NCBI GenBank assembly: GCA_051294375.1
Contig: CM119271.1
Coordinates: 6,356,698-6,420,697 of the forward strand
DNA: 64,000 nucleotides
Reading direction: 5' to 3'
Origin: Paraspadella gotoi
Lineage: Eukaryota > Animalia > Chaetognatha
Below the pieces are notes generated by a model, which was given only the letters and a program-made list of their open reading frames with translations, was not told the DNA's origin and made no database searches. This document shows, piece after piece, positions 47,984 through 61,768 of this stretch (position 1 is its first letter; every line of letters begins with the position of its first letter). The position numbers and the translations under genes were made by a program.

Positions 47984-49731
47984 GGGTTGTGCATATTTTG
48001 TCCTTTAAAATTGTTTCTGAGCCAAATTAATTGATCTAACTTTTGGTAATATGTGCGATATAGACTACTGGACATTACTGTATCTGATCATAACCTTGAC
48101 CATCAACAAAAAAGCTAACTAGATCAAAAATAGTAAAAAAGATGAAGCAATATAGCTCGAAACGCTTACAAAATTTTAGACCATTGCTTTATAAATGCAA
48201 AAAATATTAATATTATAAAACAAAACTTTAACGATAACCTAATAGTTAACCGAGACCAAGATGAATATTTTTTACCCATCATTTCCTCAATTTATATGAA
48301 TCATTTGTTTGTAATTAGTCAATTAATCTAATAACAATATGACAAATTCATTTTCAATTATCTTTATGAATGGGAAGTTTTCTCTGCTTACTCCCCTTGT
48401 GTCTAATTATTTAATATTTTAAAGATATTTTCAAAAACCTTATATAATTGCTCATTTTTTACTTTTTTTCAATTCTTCAAACCAAAACAACATCATAAAA
48501 CATTTTAAATTAATAAAAAAAAATTGATGAATGATTTTGGAAAAAAATATTTTGAAATTGAGAATAATGGATTCTGAGTCAGGAAAAAAATTTTGCAATT
48601 CTAAAAAATCAGCCTCTAGCCTTTCGATTTTTCTAGAGGCTGATTTTATTTATTTTTGATATTTTGATTTTCTATGCAAAACCATTATTCTCAATGAGCA
48701 TAGGTCGGATGAAATTTTTTTCCACAATTAGAAAAAAATTTCAACTTTTTTAATTAGGCTTTTTTGGGGAAATAAATAAATAAATATTATTATGATGGGT
48801 ACATCTGAAAGTGATATGTCTCTTAAATGACAAAAACATTTTCTTCAAGTTTTATTTTGAAATTTAAGTATTGTACCAATAGAAATAAGTAGAGATACTC
48901 CCGCTTTGCCGAAATTTTTATTTAACAAAGATTTGTACTGCGTAATTTAAAAAAAGTTATTTTTTAAATAACTTTTGAAAGAAAAGAGGTAGCAAGGTGG
49001 ATGTGGTATCAAATTAAAGCCCTAATCATAGGACACCTTTCTAAAAGAGTTTTATTAAATTAAATCCATAAATCTTTACACAGCTTTTGTTTAAATCAGA
49101 GTTAATGTATAACAGTTTTTTGCTTTAAAAATTTTAATGAAGGCATATAAATTTTTTATTTTTCTTTGTATTTTGAAAAAGGAAAGACTGAATTACATTT
49201 TGTTATTATTAAATTTTTTTATTCCATAAAATTGCTTATATTTTTCAGTTAAAGTAAAAAACAAGCAAAAAATTTAGTTGTAGCTTGATAAAATGTATTT
49301 AAATTAAAAATGATAAATACAAAATGTTTTCAGCTTGATATAAACAGTCTGGACATCTACCTTCTTGTCTGTGAAAAAAAAATTGTCATTTTCATTATCT
49401 TTAACTGCAAACTAAAAGCTTGACACACTGCTTGTTTATCATAATAAAGTTGTAAAAAATTATATAGCTGTAACATATTTGACAAAGCAAAACATCATTG
49501 GGTTAAATTGTATTGATATTTTTTTTTTAAATATAGCAAGGAATTTAATTCTATTATTTATCATCCATTTTAATTAAGAAAAAAATATTCTCGTAATAGC
49601 CCATTAGAAAGGTTCATTGACTGACTTAATGATAAAATATTTAGATTTCTTTACTGCCTATTTCACAAGATATAAAAGGTCATGGTTATCATGTCAATAT
49701 GTCCAGATTATCTGTACCCTTTCTGCAACCT
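47984..49731. mobile_element. Possible degenerate AT-rich DNA transposon relic with diverged inverted ends
   Basis: CTGGACATT..ATCATAACCTTGACC (48068-48100) loosely pairs with GGTCATGGTTATCAT..ATGTCCAG (49678-49706); no ORF inside. Confidence 0.3.
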
Positions 49732-52609
49732 GCATTCCAAATTTTCTTTTTTTCCCTTTCAAATGTATTAAATAAAAAAAATTATTTGAGAGAACAATCG
49801 GTGTGGAGGATGCCATTGGTAAGCCTTAGTTACCCCACTTCCCGATCGAATTTTTAAATGAGGTTTTTTTCCATCTATTTGAACATAATTTAACTATTAG
49901 TACTATTATTTTTTTTTTTTTTCTATTAGAGATCTATGAATAAATATGAATAAGTAACTTTTTAAAAAAATTTATCATCTTTCACCCTATATTCAGTCAT
50001 ATCTAAAAAACAAAAAAAGATTTTGCATTGATATTTTGGATATCAACATATGAAACTATAACGTTTCAAAAAATAAAAAAAAAATATAATAATATTGAAC
50101 AGTGAATTTTTTTATGCAAACGGAACAGTAACGTTACGCCATTTTTCATTGTGTCGTAGACCGTAGACGAATTTGCGCGCTGTTATTTTTTCCCTTATTA
50201 TTAATATTATGATTATTATTATTTTTTGCTTATTATTTTTAGCTTTTTGTTTATTAGCATGTGACTATAATTCTGGGTGCTGTCGAAAAATTCGGATTGA
50301 ATTCAAAGTTCTACAAATGAATGAAAAATAATAATAAATTTAATAATAATTTTTCTTTTTCCTGAACGTAGATTTAAGACTAATATTTTTTTCCCGTTAT
50401 TTTATAGTCTTTTAAAGATTCATAGTTAAAAACAAAAGGTTGGACAAAAACCGCCATCTCACTTCTTTTCTCCGGAGATCTGGGAGGAAAAGTGAAAAAA
50501 AAAAGACAAATTTGTTTTTCCTGATTTTAAAATTATTAAACAACGAGAGAAATCTCGCGAGAGTTCCCTCTCATGTGGTTGTAGTACATTAATGCATAAC
50601 AATGCACTCCCCCTTTCATTTGAACTATAAAACCCGATCCGAATTTTTCTCCCAAGACTAAAGGCTACGAACGGGAACTGGAACGTCAGTTGCCGGCCAT
50701 TTCACGTCCCTTCAAAGCGACGCCTCCTCGTGTCAACAAACACCATCCTTGTTTAACGTCGGGGTAGTGTTATTCTGCAATAGTGGTCCGAGGGTGGAGG
50801 TGGAATGATCAGTCGAGGATCCATGAGGTGGAAGGAGTTTTATCTGTGGGAGTTTGTACCCGTAGGGGTGGTGCCGACGTCAGTGGGGGACTGCTCTCGG
50901 GAGAATGCTTGTGAATCGTGGGTTTGGGGCGAGGCGTTGGAAAAAAGAAGAATCCCGCGAGATCAAGAGAGAGAGAGAGAGAGACCTTGAAGCTAAAAAA
51001 AAGTAAATGTGAGGAAATTCAAGGGAATCACACGACAATTTGTTTAATGTTCCTTTTTCTCACACGAAGTTTAAACGAGTCATGGATAGTCAATGACAAT
51101 CTGGAACGGGTGTCGTTCTCCTAGAAAGAGAGATACTATAGTTTTAATGTCAAGATTGCTTTGTCTACGTTATGTCAATATGTGTGTATAGAAGACGCAG
51201 ACAAATGCTCGAACCTATAATTTCTTTAAGATAGTTTGCTGGAGCCAACCAGAGGTCTATGTCATGATTAACATGGTTATTTTGACCTAGTTTGTCATGT
51301 GACGTTCAGTTTTGTTTGCGGAATTTATGTAAAACAGGAAAACCAAATTCTCAAATTCACTTTATGAATTAGGTGTGTCGTCATAGAGATAGTGGTTTTA
51401 ATCATAAATGACGTTATCTAAAATTGCACTCGTAACCGTAACGCCTTCCCTTCCTAATTATGGTGATTATTCATGCAAATTTATTTTACCTTCCCGCTTC
51501 CGTATCTTTTGATTTCTTCGCTTTTTCATACATATACTACGCTTTACGGAAAACAATAATTACTCGACCATTCTAACTTTATTAACGCGTTATGTTGCTA
51601 CATTGGCGTTGGCGCCGCCATGTTTCAACTCAGAGAGAGAGAGAGAGAGGTATTGTGTATGTCTGGGTTTGAAAAAAAAAGGGAATAATACAAACTGAAA
51701 AAAAAATCGAGTTTCAAAGAGTGAATCGTTCCTCTTCGATTTCTTTTGCGCCGACATAAAAATTGACAAAGACAAAAGAACCCAAAAAAGCGGAGGTTTA
51801 GAGGGAAACAATTTTTCAATATTAAAAGAATATTTAATGCAATGAGAATAAAACAGAACGAGTAATTTTGCAATTTTCATAAAAAATAGAAAAAAATATA
51901 CAAGATTCAACTCAATGGATTGGGCCGTTTCTAAACATGGAGATGGAAATAAAACTGATAAAGTGTGATATGCGATAAAATTAATGAATGAGTCGTTGGC
52001 GGGAACAATCGAGCCATAAAGTAACGCGTAAGAAAATTCGAGGAGAAAGAGAGAGAGGCCAAAAGTGAAAAAAAAAAAAAGGAAAAGAGACTGCGGGTGT
52101 TAACTCCGTGAGAAGAATCTTTTTCTCCGAGGCGTTTCCCTTTCATCTCATTTCCTGCCCTTTTCCTCTTCGCTTTAAAGCCTTAGGATACTTTTTTTTA
52201 TTTCTTTTCTTCCTCTTTTTTCTTCTCTCTCTCACGCGATATCCCACGGAATGAAGTCATTATTTTTCTCTATCTTTCACCCCCTCCCGATGTTTCTCCG
52301 GCTAGGTGGCTTTACTCTCTCACTTTCTCTCTCCCTTTCCCTCTTCACACACCTTCATCCGAGGGCGTTATATCCTCGCGTCTTCGACCGACAAATCGAG
52401 AACGAGAATGAGAATTCGATTAAAATTTCAATCTCGAACAAATGCCTTCCTTCTCTCGTTGGGTGGAAACCGGAAGGGGAGAACAAAATGGCGGAAGAGT
52501 AGAAATGAACGGGAAAAAAAGAGCTGTGGCGATTGTAGCATATTATACTATTTATATAATAAGACAAAAGAACAACCTAAGTCAGTAAATGGAATATCAA
52601 TACACTACA

Positions 52610-52705
52610 AGACGCTGTGGCGACTTTGGTTGAGGCTAAGAACGTGATTATAAAGTCGCGGGATCGAATCTCGTTGGTGACCCTCTTGGTTCGATCCTAC
52701 AGAGC
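52610..52705 (+). mobile_element. tRNA-derived SINE-like fragment
   Basis: A-box-like TGGCGACTTTGG and two B-box-like motifs GATCGAATC, GTTCGATCC; no intact cloverleaf. Confidence 0.4.
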
Positions 52706-52784
52706 AAAAAAAAGTTGTATGTACTTACCAAAGAAAAGTAAATATATAGTTTACAAAGAATTTAATATTGCATATTAAAGATTA

Positions 52785-52925
52785 GGTCAGGGAAAGGGGT
52801 TAAGTTAGGGATTAGAAGAGCGGTTAGGTTAGGGATTTGGTTAGAGATTATCTTAAAGATTAGGATTTATGGAGGATAGGGATTCAGGTTAGGGTTAGGC
52901 ATTAGGGTTAGGGATTGGATTAAGT
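52785..52925 (+). repeat. Degenerate interstitial TTAGGG-like tract (another at 63660-63800)
   Basis: GGTTAGGGTTAGG / GGATTAGG runs without family B termini. Confidence 0.7.
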
Positions 52926-53799
52926 ATTTGATCAGAGTCTAGGGTGAAATATTTGGGTCAAAACTAGTGCCCGATAATTAATCGCATTGTGCAAAAGAAT
53001 GACCGACGATCGTCAATCATATTAATAAGGAAGTAATGCGCTGAAATAGATTCTCTTAGGCCAAGAGGCAATCGAGTCTTTTTCATTTTAATCGACAACT
53101 GCTCCTTGACATTTTCACTCCAATTGACTGAAATCGGTCAATTGTGTAAAAAGCCCCCCGACGCCACCGTCACCGACGCCTCCACATCATCAATGAGCCA
53201 ATGACGTCCCCAACGCCGTCACCGTCTTCGCTGCCAATTGAAACGTCGTCTTCCTTTTTAAATCGAGTTTATTGCGTTGAACTTTTCTTTCTGGAAAGAA
53301 TAGAAAATTAAACGGAGGTAATTAATCGAAAACGAAAACGTAAGAGGTTGAGATCTTCATTCTTCAACTTTGAGCGTTTCATTAGATAACGATGTATATT
53401 TAGCATTCGAGCAATCGAGCATGGTTTATAATGTATTTATATTTTCTAGTTGTTCTACTATTTAATAAATGTTTTAGAGTTATATTTTATTGATTTCGCA
53501 TCTGTATTTGTTTTAAAATAGCTTTTTTAAAATATAAATAAACAAACGACAACCATTCGAATCGATCTGAACGTCGACGCGATAAAATAGAAAACCTGAA
53601 CGTGACGACGACGATAACGACGACAATAACGACGACGGAGATGGCGGGAATAACGATGACTCCGGGATAAAGTTAGTGGAATAAACGACGACGACGATTA
53701 CGAAAACGACGACGACGATGACGTCGGCTTGAGATGGCGCCAAATAAATTTCTGCGTGGAATCGTGAGTAGATGAGACGTACGGGCGGAGAAAGTGAAA

Positions 53800-53846
53800 G
53801 CGTGAGAGAGAGGGTAGGATAGAAAGAGAGAGAGAGAGATACAGAT

Positions 53847-53910
<64 letters not shown>

Positions 53911-53940
53911 AGAAAGGAAAGAAAGAGAGCGCGAGTGAGA
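53800..53940. repeat. (GA)n microsatellite; similar GA/CT tracts at 55905-55960, 56324-56402, 58778-58880, 59243-59340, 61320-61405, 61700-62050
   Basis: Directly visible dinucleotide and polypyrimidine runs. Confidence 0.97.
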
Positions 53941-54302
53941 GCTACTAAGTGACAAGCCCCAAAAAACTCAATTACTTTTTTCCCTTTTCGCCAGAGACAA
54001 TCAGCGACTGGCCCAGTGGCCCACCTGGGGAAATATAAGCGTCGGTCGTGAAAAAGTTGGGAAAATGAAAAAAAACCCTTTAGGTTAACCGTTAAGCGAA
54101 ATATGTATGCCAGAAAAAGTATGAGAAATTTTCTCTCTCTTTTATGTATATTTTATTTAAGTAACGAGGATAGATGATAAATTCAATAATGATAATGATT
54201 ATATTAATAATTATACATGCTCTTTGCAGCTGTTTGCCGTATTAGTTCCAATGAAAACGGTACTCTCTATCTGCGCATAAGTTACATATGTATAATTGTG
54301 TA

Positions 54303-54520
54303 TTGTATGAAATTGGAACAACCAATATAAAAATTATTCATTCATTTAATAAATAAGCTATCTTGCCCCTGACTTTGGACAGGTTTATGGCCTCCAAAAC
54401 TCTTACAAGATAATGACATAGCAAGCTTTCAATCAAGACTCTCTCACAGTCTCGTTTATTCATCTAAGAGTAACCTGGCTTTCCTATCAATGAAGTGGTA
54501 TAATATTTCAAAAAATGTTT
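54303..54520 (+). repeat. Family A repeat copy
   Basis: Same core with small deletions. Confidence 0.88.
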
Positions 54521-55908
54521 GACTAGTATTAGATCTATATTGTACTCCGCCCTAGCATGAAAATGATTTTCTTTATATCTGACTTTCTCCTTGCTTCCTT
54601 CCTCTAGATCATGGTTATTGGGTAACTTTTTTTGTAGTAATTATTTATAGTTTTTAGTAAATATATATAGTCGTAGGCACCGTTACGTTTCTTATGACGC
54701 TTCATATCTTAACTTGTACTAATATCTACCACAAGACTACCTCTTCCTTACTCACCATTATCTCTCCCACACTTCTGGATATTCACCCCTCTCCTTTGCC
54801 CCCCCCCTTTTCCTCGAAACCCAATCATGGTCCCAATTTTGGCGCGATTAACCGTCGACGTCGCGATGATTTATGGAGCCAAAAGCGAGCCGTGTTTCCA
54901 TGGAGACGCCCTCTTCGAAAACGCGGCGCCCGTGGAAAAAAAAAAAACCTTCGGGTTAAACCGGCAGGGCGCGCGCGGGGCAAAAAAATTTTTTTCTTAA
55001 AACGCGCGGATTTGAAGTGGTGTTTTAAAATGAATTTTAAATTAAAATTAAGTTATAATTTGGTAATTTAAAGTCTGACTAGAACTGTTTGATCGGCAGA
55101 CCGGGAAACTGAAAGTAAGAGAGAAAGAAAGAGAGAGAGTACACTCCGTCTACTCCAAAATAAGTAAAAGTATGAAATTCTTGGCTTTCAATGATTTGGG
55201 CAATGGCGGCGGAGGCGGCGGCGGCGAAAGTTGCAAAAGAGAAACATTGGCAAAAGAAAGAAGAGAGAGAATTGGATAAAGAGAAAGTGGAGAATGAGGA
55301 CGGAGAAAAAATCCGCTGACGTGGCGTGAATTGAAGTGAAGCGTGAATCGAAGATGACGGTGTTGACGACGGTGGCGCAAATGGAGGAGGTGGTTGGTGA
55401 TGAAGATGGTAGGGATTCTGGTGAAGGTGTGGAATGAGATTGCCTTGATAGAGACGATGGTGATTGTTATGGTTTAAAAGAGACGGAGGCGTTAAATAAG
55501 AACTGTTGATAAGACTAAATGGGCTAAAGAATACGGTAATATTACTAACTTTGCCAGCAATGGAGGTTTTCCACGCCTCCAAAGCGGATTAGGGGCGTAG
55601 TCTCACGTCCCGTAGAGTTTAGATTGAACCCGCTATCAAATGGTAATGAACTTTACAATACGCGCTACATAGATACTAGAATTAAAAAAAAGTAAAATGG
55701 TGATTGTGGACGTGTTAGAATTTGAGGATAATGGTGTAGCCTTTGTGTGTGGGACTTGTGGGTGGATAATGGGGTAAAGAGTGAGGAGTGAGTCAGAATG
55801 CTCCCCATGTTGCCCAGTGGCACAAACTCCAATGAATGCCATTTGTGATTTCGCCAAAAGTCTTTTTATTTTGAGGAGAAAGGACTAGCGGGTGGCGGAA
55901 GGGAGGGA

Positions 55909-55945
<37 letters not shown>

Positions 55946-56322
55946 GAGAGAGAGAGGGAAGAAGGGAGGGAACTCAGAAAAAAATAAGGAGAAAAGGAGA
56001 AGAGGAACGAAGGGGGGGCTGTGAAAAAAATAAAAGAGATTACAGAGATACCTATAGAGAAGGAAAGAAAACAGTGAGAGAGAAAATGAAAGGCTTCGAG
56101 GCTTTAATGCGGCAGCGATAGAGAAATAGAGACAAGAAATATCTGGAAAGCGGAGAGAGGAACAGAAAGAGAAAAGAGAGAAAAAAGTTGGGTGTTAACG
56201 GGATCTCGAAAAAGCCCGACAGGATCGGGGAGAAAACGAAGGCGGGAAAAGAATTCCGGAACTTTGTGAAAATGCTGGGAGTGTTTTTTGTGGGGGGGGC
56301 AGAAGAAGATGAAATAGGATTT

Positions 56323-56405
<83 letters not shown>

Positions 56406-58396
56406 TTCAGTGGCTAAGCGAATTTGAGAACATTTTTTTTTTCAGTTTTCCCTTGTGTTATTAAGTTTCAACATGCGCGCGGGAAAAAACAGAACTAAAT
56501 CTAAAAACCAAAAAAAAAAACAAAAAAACAAACAAGTTATATTATGTATTATCTTGACCATAGCCTGTCAAAGTAAAAAAATAACGAAACAAGATTTCCG
56601 GCACAACTGACAAAAACAACGACAACGGCATCGACGCCGGCTCCCAAGTCACGGATCGCCGACCGCCATTTTTTCGAGGCGCCTGAATTTCCATCTCCTC
56701 CATTTCCGGTTCGGTCATTGTCACGCCTTCAACCTTTGCCCTTTTTAACCTCGTGACTTTAAGTTAATTGCATTGCATTGCATTTCGTGTAATGTCACTT
56801 TTTGAACTATGAACATAATCTGAACGTAATCTGAACGTAATCTGAACATAATCTCTCTAACTCCATGATTCTTAATCTTATTCTCCGCTCTGTATTCCAC
56901 CGTTAATAACAATTAACACTTTAAGCCTTACCACTCCATCTCGTGTCACTCCACCGTGTTTTGATGGCCACTTGTGAAGAAGACTACATTCGCCTCCCGT
57001 ATTGTTTTTTCAAACTCATTAGCTTGGACAGCTAAGCACTCGGGTAAGTCGCGGGTTCAAAACCCTCACGGTCACGCCTCACATTGAAGCCATAGTAAGG
57101 TGGATAGCCTAAAATTTCATACAGCCTCGCTACCCAACCGTAACGACGCCTCTCAAGTGTGATGGTACTAGCATTATTAGCACGCCCGTTTCATGTGGTG
57201 GTCAACTGTTGAGAGATACCTCACATCCCCTGAATCACACACTTCCCCCCCTTTGTCATTCACTAACAATTCAGTAACTCCAACATGTGCCACTCCGCGG
57301 AACGTCACTCACTTCTTCGAGTTTGACGGTGAAAAAACAAAGCGCCCCCGCCATTCAATCCTGTCCCTTCCGCGCCGGAATGAGGGGCACTGAGGGGCAG
57401 GCCCCCTGCCAGTCCCTGCCTCGTATATTTCCGCGACGTCGCATCGCGTTTGCTCGACGAAGTGAGAAGCGCGCGTTTTTTACGAACTCTTCCCTCGATC
57501 GACCTCTCGGGGGAAAATGGGCGGAGAAGCGAGACGAAGAGGCGAGGAGTTTCGGTTCTGATATCTAGATGGAGAAGCATGTAATGTATATACTATATAT
57601 TGAGGGTTAAAAAAGCGAATCGGTTCGAGAGGGAGACATTTTGTCACCCAATTCCTGTACGTAATGAAATTCATTCTCGAGATCGGATTAAATTTAGAAT
57701 CGACTTTTCTTCTTCGTAAAAAAAAAACTTGAGACGAATGAAAGAGAAAAATTCAAATCGATTCGTTCACGTTTCGAAGTTGTCATTCTCCCTCACACAC
57801 TGACGTCTCATCAATCACGAGTTAGTACTCCCTCAGCTTTACCAAACGCGACATCAGCGATCACCGTTCTCCTTTCATTCCTTCCCCCCGCCAATCTCTT
57901 CTTTTCTTTCTCTCTCTTAACTTATTAAGACTTAAGGATAGACGTTGCACCTCTAGTGAGCTCTACTCTCAACTCGATCCAACGACTTCCCGCCATTTAA
58001 AAAAAAAGATTTTCTCTGGACTCTCGTTTAAACTTAAAAAAAAAATCTAATTCTCCTTGGCTAATAAAGTTTCTCGAATTAAAAAAAGTTTCTAAGTGCC
58101 TTCGACGGGCCATTCGTGTCGCCAATAAAAGAGGCAAACGAGCTGACACTTTCTTTTCTTCTTTTTTACTTTTTCTTTCTTTCACTGATAACTCTCTCTT
58201 TATCTTTTTTTTTTCCCTTTCTCTCAATTCCTTTTCTCAATCACTAACTTTATTATCTCGCATTTAAGGTAATTTCCACGGACCGCAGTTAATTTTTTTT
58301 TAATCTCCAGAGTCCCTCACAGGATCACACATTACTAATAATATAGTAATATTGTATTTTGCGTAAGTTTCTCTCTTTTCGTTTTTATAAATGTAT

Positions 58397-58553
58397 TTAG
58401 TGAAGACAAAAGTTTATTTTGTTATTTTTTAATGATAATAAGGACGGACATGTTTCGACTCTTAGGGTTCGAGTCTTCATCTGCACATGTCCGTCTTTAT
58501 TATCATTAAAAAATCGTTGTAAAAATAACAAAATAAACTTTTGTCTTCACTAA
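58397..58553 (-). ncRNA. Degenerate minimal type I hammerhead ribozyme motif inside a long inverted repeat (Penelope-like relic)
   Basis: Minus strand reads CAGAUGA-A-GACUC-GAACCCUAA-GAGUC-GAAA-CAUG-UC (58483-58447); flanked by ~57-bp inverted arms 58397-58453 and 58485-58553. Confidence 0.6.
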
Positions 58554-58728
58554 GTAATATTGTAATATATAGTAATATAGTTGTTTCATAATCTTCCCTT
58601 TTTTTTTCTTTGAGGACGACATACGACATAAAACTTCTGAGACAAGGTTAAAAATATCAATTTTATTCATTTACTCGATAGTTCCTTTCCCCCTCTCCTG
58701 CAAAGTCTGCACCGATGAACGATTATCC

Positions 58729-58766
<38 letters not shown>

Positions 58767-58797
58767 TAGCTAAACGACCTCTCTCTCCTCTCTCTCT

Positions 58798-58843
<46 letters not shown>

Positions 58844-58897
58844 CTCTCTCTCTCTCCTCTCTCGTCTCTCTCTCTCTCCCGTTTGTCTTCCAGAAGC

Positions 58898-59197
58898 TCA
58901 AGGATTTTCCTCAAACTTGTGAAGATGCGCCGTTCGGAGAAAGTCGCACACGTTCGACTTCTGCCGGACGATCGCCTCCATGAAAACTTCCTTCAACTCG
59001 GCGATCATCATCTTGGCGGCTTTGACAAGTACCTCCAAGGCGCAACTCTGGATGGCCTCGTAGAAGGACTTGAGGATAATCAACAACGTCGTCAATCCCA
59101 GCCAAGGATTGGCGAGTGATGTATTAATATGTTTATTGTTTAATATTGTTTGTTGTTTAATGTCTAAATTGTCTGTTATTATGTTCGTGTCGTCCAT
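58898..59197 (-). CDS. Hypothetical 99-aa protein
   Basis: ATG-started ORF; codons of the last ~70 aa end mostly in G/C as in the real exons of this window; amphipathic helical composition; no recognisable family. Confidence 0.4.
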   Translation of the reverse strand: MDDTNIITDNLDIKQQTILNNKHINTSLANPWLGLTTLLIILKSFYEAIQSCALEVLVKAAKMMIAELKEVFMEAIVRQKSNVCDFLRTAHLHKFEENP

Positions 59198-60112
59198 TTT
59201 TGACCGTCGTTTTGCTGGGGTCTTTAGGGCGCTTTTGTGCGACTCTCTCTCTCTCTTCTCTCCTCTCTCTCTCTCTCTCTTCTCTCCTCTCTCTCTCTCC
59301 TCTCTCTCATCGCTCGTCCCTCTCCCTCACGCTCTCTCTTTCAAAACGACCGTTTGCTCCAAATTGCACCATTTTCTCGCCATTTTCCCGTCACGAACCA
59401 ATATTTTCTTTCCCCTTTATTTTCAATGCTCCACTTCCTTTTTGGTTTATTTTTTATGTTTTCCAAATGAAGCAAACATTGTCAATTTAAGGTTTATCTA
59501 TAACGACGTCAACTAATTGTTGTTTAGCGCTATCAATAAGTAAACAGCATTGGTTAATTCCGTGACAAAATAGCATTCGTGGCGAGGCGGACCGATGACA
59601 GAACCCCCTGTTACATCCCTAACACTACGAACATCCGGGAACCTCAAAATAGATGTCGCTTCTTTCCGTCTACATAAAAACAAAAGGCAATCGTCAGTCT
59701 TTTTTTTTCCCCGCGCGAATCGATTCCCGATTCTCGATTCTTCTTTCCTCGTCTTCGCGTCACTCAAGATGAAGAATATCCTGCTTCGCCAGAAGGAGCT
59801 CGCACTCCTTGATAAATGTAGCATAAACGATCTCTCTCTCTCCCACCACAAAACGATCATCAATCTCTTTCGTACGAGTATCGTTTTTATCTCATCCCTC
59901 CATCTTCCTTTTTTCCCTTCCTCTTCCTTTTACCTTTCTTCTTTCTCCTTTCTGGTTTCCTTTCTTTTCCTCCCTTTCCTTTTCTTCTCTTTTCTTTTTC
60001 TTTTCTTCTCTTCTCTTCTCTTCCTTCCCAGTTCCCACCGACTCTGTCGAGGGAATTCGTGATTTCGTCCCGGAATCGAAGATTTTTCGACGTCACTTGA
60101 CTCTTTCCGGTA

Positions 60113-60295
60113 AGTGGAGATGGGAACAAGTGGAGATGGGAGAAAAAGGAGATGGGTACAAGTGGAGATGGGAGAAAGGGGAGATGGGAGAGAACCATGG
60201 GACCATGGAAACATGAGACAGGATCAGGGGAGATAAGATGAAGTGGAGATGGGAACAAGTCGAGATGGAAAAAAATTGAGATGGGAGAAAAAGGA
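60113..60295 (+). repeat. Degenerate ~16-bp minisatellite (GTGGAGATGGGAACAA-like)
   Basis: GGAGATGGG recurs about 8 times. Confidence 0.8.
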
Positions 60296-61314
60296 AGGTT
60301 GAAGTGGGAAAAAACTAACCATTTTTTTTTCATGGAACGTCGCCTAATGGAGTGCGTCAAGAAAGGTAATATTTATGAAAGTTTATCGCTCCTTGTAAAC
60401 AATGTAAAGTGTCAGATTCAATGCCTGTCACATACGTAATGATAGTGTGTGTAGTTTTATTGTTCAACAATTTCTTACTCTCTCTCTCTTCTCCGTCTGT
60501 CGATAATTCCGCGTCTGCCTTTAGCCTGTTTTACGGACGAGGCAAACCGCCATTGTTCCTTTGTTTATGCTTCTTTCCTGCCAGACTTTCCCGACATCTA
60601 TTTTCTAATTAAGTTTCTCGACGTACAAACACACAAAAGGGCATTCAATCAAACCATCACACACGGTTATCGAAAAAGAGTCGTACGAACGGAAATTCTT
60701 TTCTTTTTTTCGACGAGTGGATGTACAATGCCGCTTATGATTATTGTTAATAGTTTAAGCTTAGAAATTATTTAGCTTAGAAATTACTAAGAAAAGAATT
60801 CTGTTTAAAGGTTTAGCAGAAAGTTTCTATAGTAACGTAATTTTTTCTCGTAGCGCTCCAAGCTCCCGGTAAGAAGATGTTTTGCAGACACAAAACAAAA
60901 GAGACAGAATAAGATGGAGAGAAATGAGAGAAAGAAAGAGACAGAACAGACAGAAGAGACAGAAAAGACAGAAGAGACAGAAAAGACAGAATAAGATGGA
61001 GAGAAATGAGAGATATAAAGAGAAAGAAAAGAAGTAAAAAGACAGTCTTAGTTTTCGTCACAAACGCGGCGAGACTCGTGCTTTTCATTTTATTTATAAC
61101 TTATATGCTGACTGAAATATAACGAATACAACTTATACGCGAAAAATATTTAAATATTTTAATAAAACTTTAAGAGAGAGAAAGACCAACCGACCGAAAA
61201 GACGACTTATTAAATTGCCTGAAGTAGAGTTAGGAGTTAGTTTTAAGTGTTTAGAATCCAACTTATATTTATTTTTAATCCGGTGGCTGAATTTAATGAA
61301 AACATTTGGGATGT

Positions 61315-61404
<90 letters not shown>

Positions 61405-61734
61405 GAATCCGGTCCTCCCTTTCCCACTGTCGTCTGGAACTCTCTATTTTACTCATGGGCCCCAATTTCCCTTTAATCGGGATTTTCCCCGACATGACAG
61501 GTCGACGACGACGACGACGACGACGACGTCGACGACAACGACGACGATGACGAGAGCGACAACTACGTCAGCGGAGGCCGTGGCCTGGGACGCGGGGCGG
61601 GTCAAGGCCAGCGAAGTTCTTAAGGCGGAAAAATGTGATGTGGAAATCTCCGGATTCCATCCAACTTGCATTCATTCTCTTTTCCCTCCCCCTGCCCCCC
61701 CTCCTCTTATCTCTCTTCTCTCCTCTCTCTCCTC

Positions 61735-61768
<34 letters not shown>

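Noticed and set aside
55079-55582. His/Pro/Ala-rich ORF as a transcription factor exon
   Set aside because: No DNA-binding domain, non-ATG start and no convincing splice partners; left unannotated.
56811-56854. Four 11-bp repeats containing TAATCT as a homeodomain site cluster
   Set aside because: Indistinguishable from a simple slippage repeat without conservation data.
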